From positions 186,001 to 250,000 of the forward strand of contig JALDZS010000010.1 of assembly GCA_022813965.1 (NCBI GenBank): a DNA stretch of 64,000 bases, written 5' to 3'. This stretch comes from Toensbergia leucococca. Lineage: Eukaryota. Made by a program: the position numbers and the translations under genes. Positions within the stretch are counted from its first letter, which is position 1, and each line of letters opens with the position of its first letter. The notes beneath the pieces were generated by a model. That model worked only from the letters and a program-made list of their open reading frames with translations. It was not told the origin of the DNA and searched no databases. Positions 61,914 through 64,000 of the stretch are shown one piece after another.

Positions 61914-64000
61914 ATGGATCCGTTGAGTGTCACTGCAAGCTTCATTGCTGTGCTTCAGGTCGCCAATGCTGTTATATCTATCTGTTATGACTACAGCGCT
62001 TCCGCAAAGAGTTCATCACGAGAACTCTCACGAATCATCGAGGAGATCAAAGCTCTTCGCAATGTTCTAGAATCCCTCATACACCTTGCAGAGAGGGCGG
62101 AAACCCCAGACTTATGTATTCAATCTCGGCTGCCAACATTAAGAGGACTTTGTGAGCCTGAGATGGGCCCTCTATCTCAGTGTCTTGAGGAAATGAGAGC
62201 ATTAGAGAAGAAGTTGGTGCCGCCAACATGGGGTGGACCGATTGGGTCAAAGAGGCGTGCTCTTATCCAGGCATTGGGCTGGCCCCTCAAGGAAAAAGAC
62301 ACCCTGAGGACACTCGAGAAAATAGGAAGATTTAAGGCCACTCTGTGCTTAGGTATCATGGCGGATCAATCGTGAGACCTACTACTATCCTACCGACTCG
62401 ATGATATAGCTAAAACCGCTTACTGCTTATATATAGATCATTAACACTAGAAATAAAAGATACAACTCTAAGCCTTCGACAAGAATGTGCCAAGTCAAGA
62501 ATAGGCGTGTAACATGTTAACTTTATCGTATTTATTCGTCAAAGATGCTTATTCTTTTTGCAGATGACCAACGTGAAAGAATACAGCGGTGGTTATCAGC
62601 ACCAGATCCTTCTATGAACCATAATGAGGCTCGTAAAAGATGGCAAGCAACCACAGGCTCATGGTTTACCAATAGCTCGGAGTTCCGAGATTGGAAGACA
62701 AAACAAAATTCAATGCTTTGGCTTCATGGAATTCCTGGATGCGGTAAAAGTGTCCTGAGCTCCACAATAATCGAAGACGTTCTTGACCATTGCAAAAACA
62801 ATAAGTCTGCTTCCGCGGTGGCGTACTTCTATTTTGATTTCAATGATATGAAGAAACAGCGGCATGAACACATGATACGATCACTGATTACACAGCTTGC
62901 AGTGCAGTTCGCTAGTACGCCAGCTGCACTAGAGTTGCTCTTCTCTTCGTGCATGGATGGAGAAAGACAGCCAACAGTCCAAGCACTTTTAATTGCTCTA
63001 AAAGAGATTATTCAAGATTTTGAAGATGCCTATATTGTCATCGATGCTCTAGATGAGTGCAAAGACCGGCATGAGCTTTTACAGAGCATCGAGGAAGTTT
63101 CCGAATGGAGGCTTGAGGAATTGCACATATTAGTCACTAGTCGAAGAGAGAAAGATCTTGAAGAGGCTATTGAGTCGGTGGACAATCAAGGACAGATCAG
63201 CATACAAAGCGAACTTGTCAACGACGATATCCGAGTCTACGTCCATGAAAGGCTTCAGAAGGATCGAAAGCTGAAAAGGTGGCAAAACCACTTGGAGGTG
63301 CAAAGTGAGATCGAGATGACACTAACAAATAAAGCCGACGGAATGTAAGAGCGACATCTTCTGCTTGCCCTTATGGGGACTTGCACATATGTGCTAATGA
63401 CATGACCAGGTTCCGGTGGGTCGTATGTCAACTTGACGCATTGGGTGACTGCCTTAATCTCCCAACGCTTCGAAAGGCATTATCATCTCTCCCCAGGACT
63501 TTAGACGACACTTACACTCGTATTCTGGATAACATCCACGAGGACTACACCAAGGATGCTTTGAAAATCTTGCAATGGCTGGCATACGCGGCCCGCCCAC
63601 TTCGGATCGACGAGCTCGTTGAGGTCATCGCAATTGATGTCGATGGCAATCCTCGATTTGATCCTGAGAGACGACTTCCCGATCCACAAGATATCTTAAC
63701 AATATGCTCTGGTCTAGTCACCACAGTAACAGAGGTGATTGAAAACAACGATCATGGATTTAAGTCAATTTATGTTAACAATGCATTCGAAACGAATCAT
63801 GGCGAAAGTGTTGAAACGACCGAGACACAGATCAGACTGGCGCATTTCTCTGTCAAGGAGTATCTTGTGTCAAAGCGGATCCAATCAGGACGAGCCGTCA
63901 AGTATAGCATCCGGGAATTAGATGCGAATGCGTCCATAGCTCAAGATTGCCTGGCATACCTACTACAATTTGACACGTTTGGAAATTTGAATGCACAAAC
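61914..64000 (+). CDS. Fungal NLR-like STAND protein: HeLo-like N-terminal domain + NACHT (NPHP3_N) + winged helix; continues beyond window
   Basis: MDPLSVTASFIAVLQVA..LGWPLKE N-terminal domain, WLSAPDP..NH, Walker A LWLHGIPGCGKS, AYFYFDF, Walker B IVIDALDE, LVTSR, KADGM|FRWV.CQLD, LPRTLDDTY.RIL and RLAHFSVKEYL. Confidence 0.92.

Overview
Intron-containing genomic DNA of a filamentous ascomycete (GT..AG introns with CTRAY branch sites). About 22 protein-coding genes are supported. Conserved housekeeping genes: a SET-domain protein tail, a TCO89-like gene, MET10 sulfite reductase flavoprotein, FMP52-like SDR, RRD1/PTPA, a SNF2 helicase, UBC8, panB/ECM31 and ATG12. An accessory-looking block at ~20.6-39.3 kb holds a Pth11-like receptor, a fungal AAA+ ATPase head-to-head with a NACHT-like protein whose P-loop is degenerate, and a tyrosinase bracketed by two paralogous membrane-protein genes. 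A HeLo-like/NACHT NLR begins at the right edge. Most notable observations: (1) UBC8 keeps its reading frame only through a single-nucleotide exon (57509), plus 3-nt and 8-nt micro-exons; (2) a ~700-bp foldback with a 110-bp perfect stem sits just upstream of the NLR; (3) the divergent AAA+/pseudo-NACHT pair and the tyrosinase/membrane-paralog trio are candidate undescribed defence modules; (4) an 8-bp-periodic array of CYS3/MetR-like sites lies upstream of MET10. Gene models were spliced by eye, family calls come from motif recognition, and no database searches were run. No tRNA, rRNA, CRISPR or transposase gene was recognised.
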